From: a virus
Taxonomy: Duplodnaviria; Caudoviricetes
IMG/VR virus record: IMGVR_UViG_3300020044_003982
Coordinates: 1 to 33,675 of that record
Direction: 5' to 3' (one strand)
Length of the DNA: 33,675 bases
Shown: positions 33,346 through 33,675 of the stretch, piece by piece
How the letters are laid out: each line of letters begins with the position of its first letter
Position numbering within the stretch: position 1 is the first letter of the stretch
Program-made: the position numbers and the translations under genes
Notes under the pieces: generated by a model
Database searches by the model: none
What the model was told of the DNA's origin: nothing
What the model saw: the letters and a program-made list of their open reading frames with translations, nothing else

Positions 33346-33560
33346 TGCCAACAATTGACAAGCTGTATCCTGACACCAAGCCAGTCAACGATCCATACAC
33401 CAGCGAATGGGTGCAGGCAAAGATTGATGCGTTTCTGAAGAAAGGCGGGCAGATCAAGGAAATACCCAGAGGAGTCCACGCCCAAGACGCGCAACCAATG
33501 TCAGTTATCAGAAGAAAGATTGAGAAGGACAAGAATTTCGGTGATGATATACGGACATAG
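33345..33560 (+). CDS. Protein with SutA-like RNA-polymerase-binding motif
   Basis: IDAFLKKGGQIKEIPRG. Confidence 0.6.
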   Translation: MPTIDKLYPDTKPVNDPYTSEWVQAKIDAFLKKGGQIKEIPRGVHAQDAQPMSVIRRKIEKDKNFGDDIRT

Positions 33561-33675
33561 GCCACTTAGCCTTGTGCTGCCGGTTTTTTCCCTTATTTGT
33601 CCGGCTTAGAGCTACAGGCAAGCCCCTTCACTGGGGCTTTTTTTATGACAAGAACAAAGCTCGTTCAGCCTCGCG
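33555..33675. repeat. 121-bp direct terminal repeat (right copy)
   Basis: Identical to 1-121. Confidence 0.95.

Overview
The window is an apparently complete, circularly assembled dsDNA phage genome of about 33.55 kb; bases 1-121 are repeated exactly at 33555-33675. It has a P22/Sf6-like podovirus morphogenesis module on the minus strand: terS, terL, portal, scaffold, coat, gp4, gp10, short gp26-like, gp14-like, ejection proteins, tail fibre, then holins and lysozyme. A minus-strand cro/replication/nin arm and a plus-strand early recombination arm (Sak, YqaJ exonuclease, SSB) follow. No integrase, CI repressor, Q antiterminator, DNA polymerase, helicase or primase is recognisable. Four things stand out. 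(1) A tandem pair of polymorphic-toxin-like genes lies between portal and scaffold; they share an identical 21-nt 5' end (MPQSALR) and a pre-toxin-TG-like segment, one carries an H-Y-E ADP-ribosyltransferase domain, and a small leaderless antisense gene lies between them. (2) A ~450-nt highly structured non-coding region with a promoter/terminator-defined antisense RNA sits where the replication initiator's DNA-binding part should be, followed by a stand-alone initiator C-terminal-like domain. (3) A set of TraR/DksA-, RMF-, SutA- and MazG-like proteins points to manipulation of a starved gammaproteobacterial host. (4) Two further candidate structured RNAs are present. All family assignments come from motif recognition and synteny by eye; no database searches or folding programs were run.
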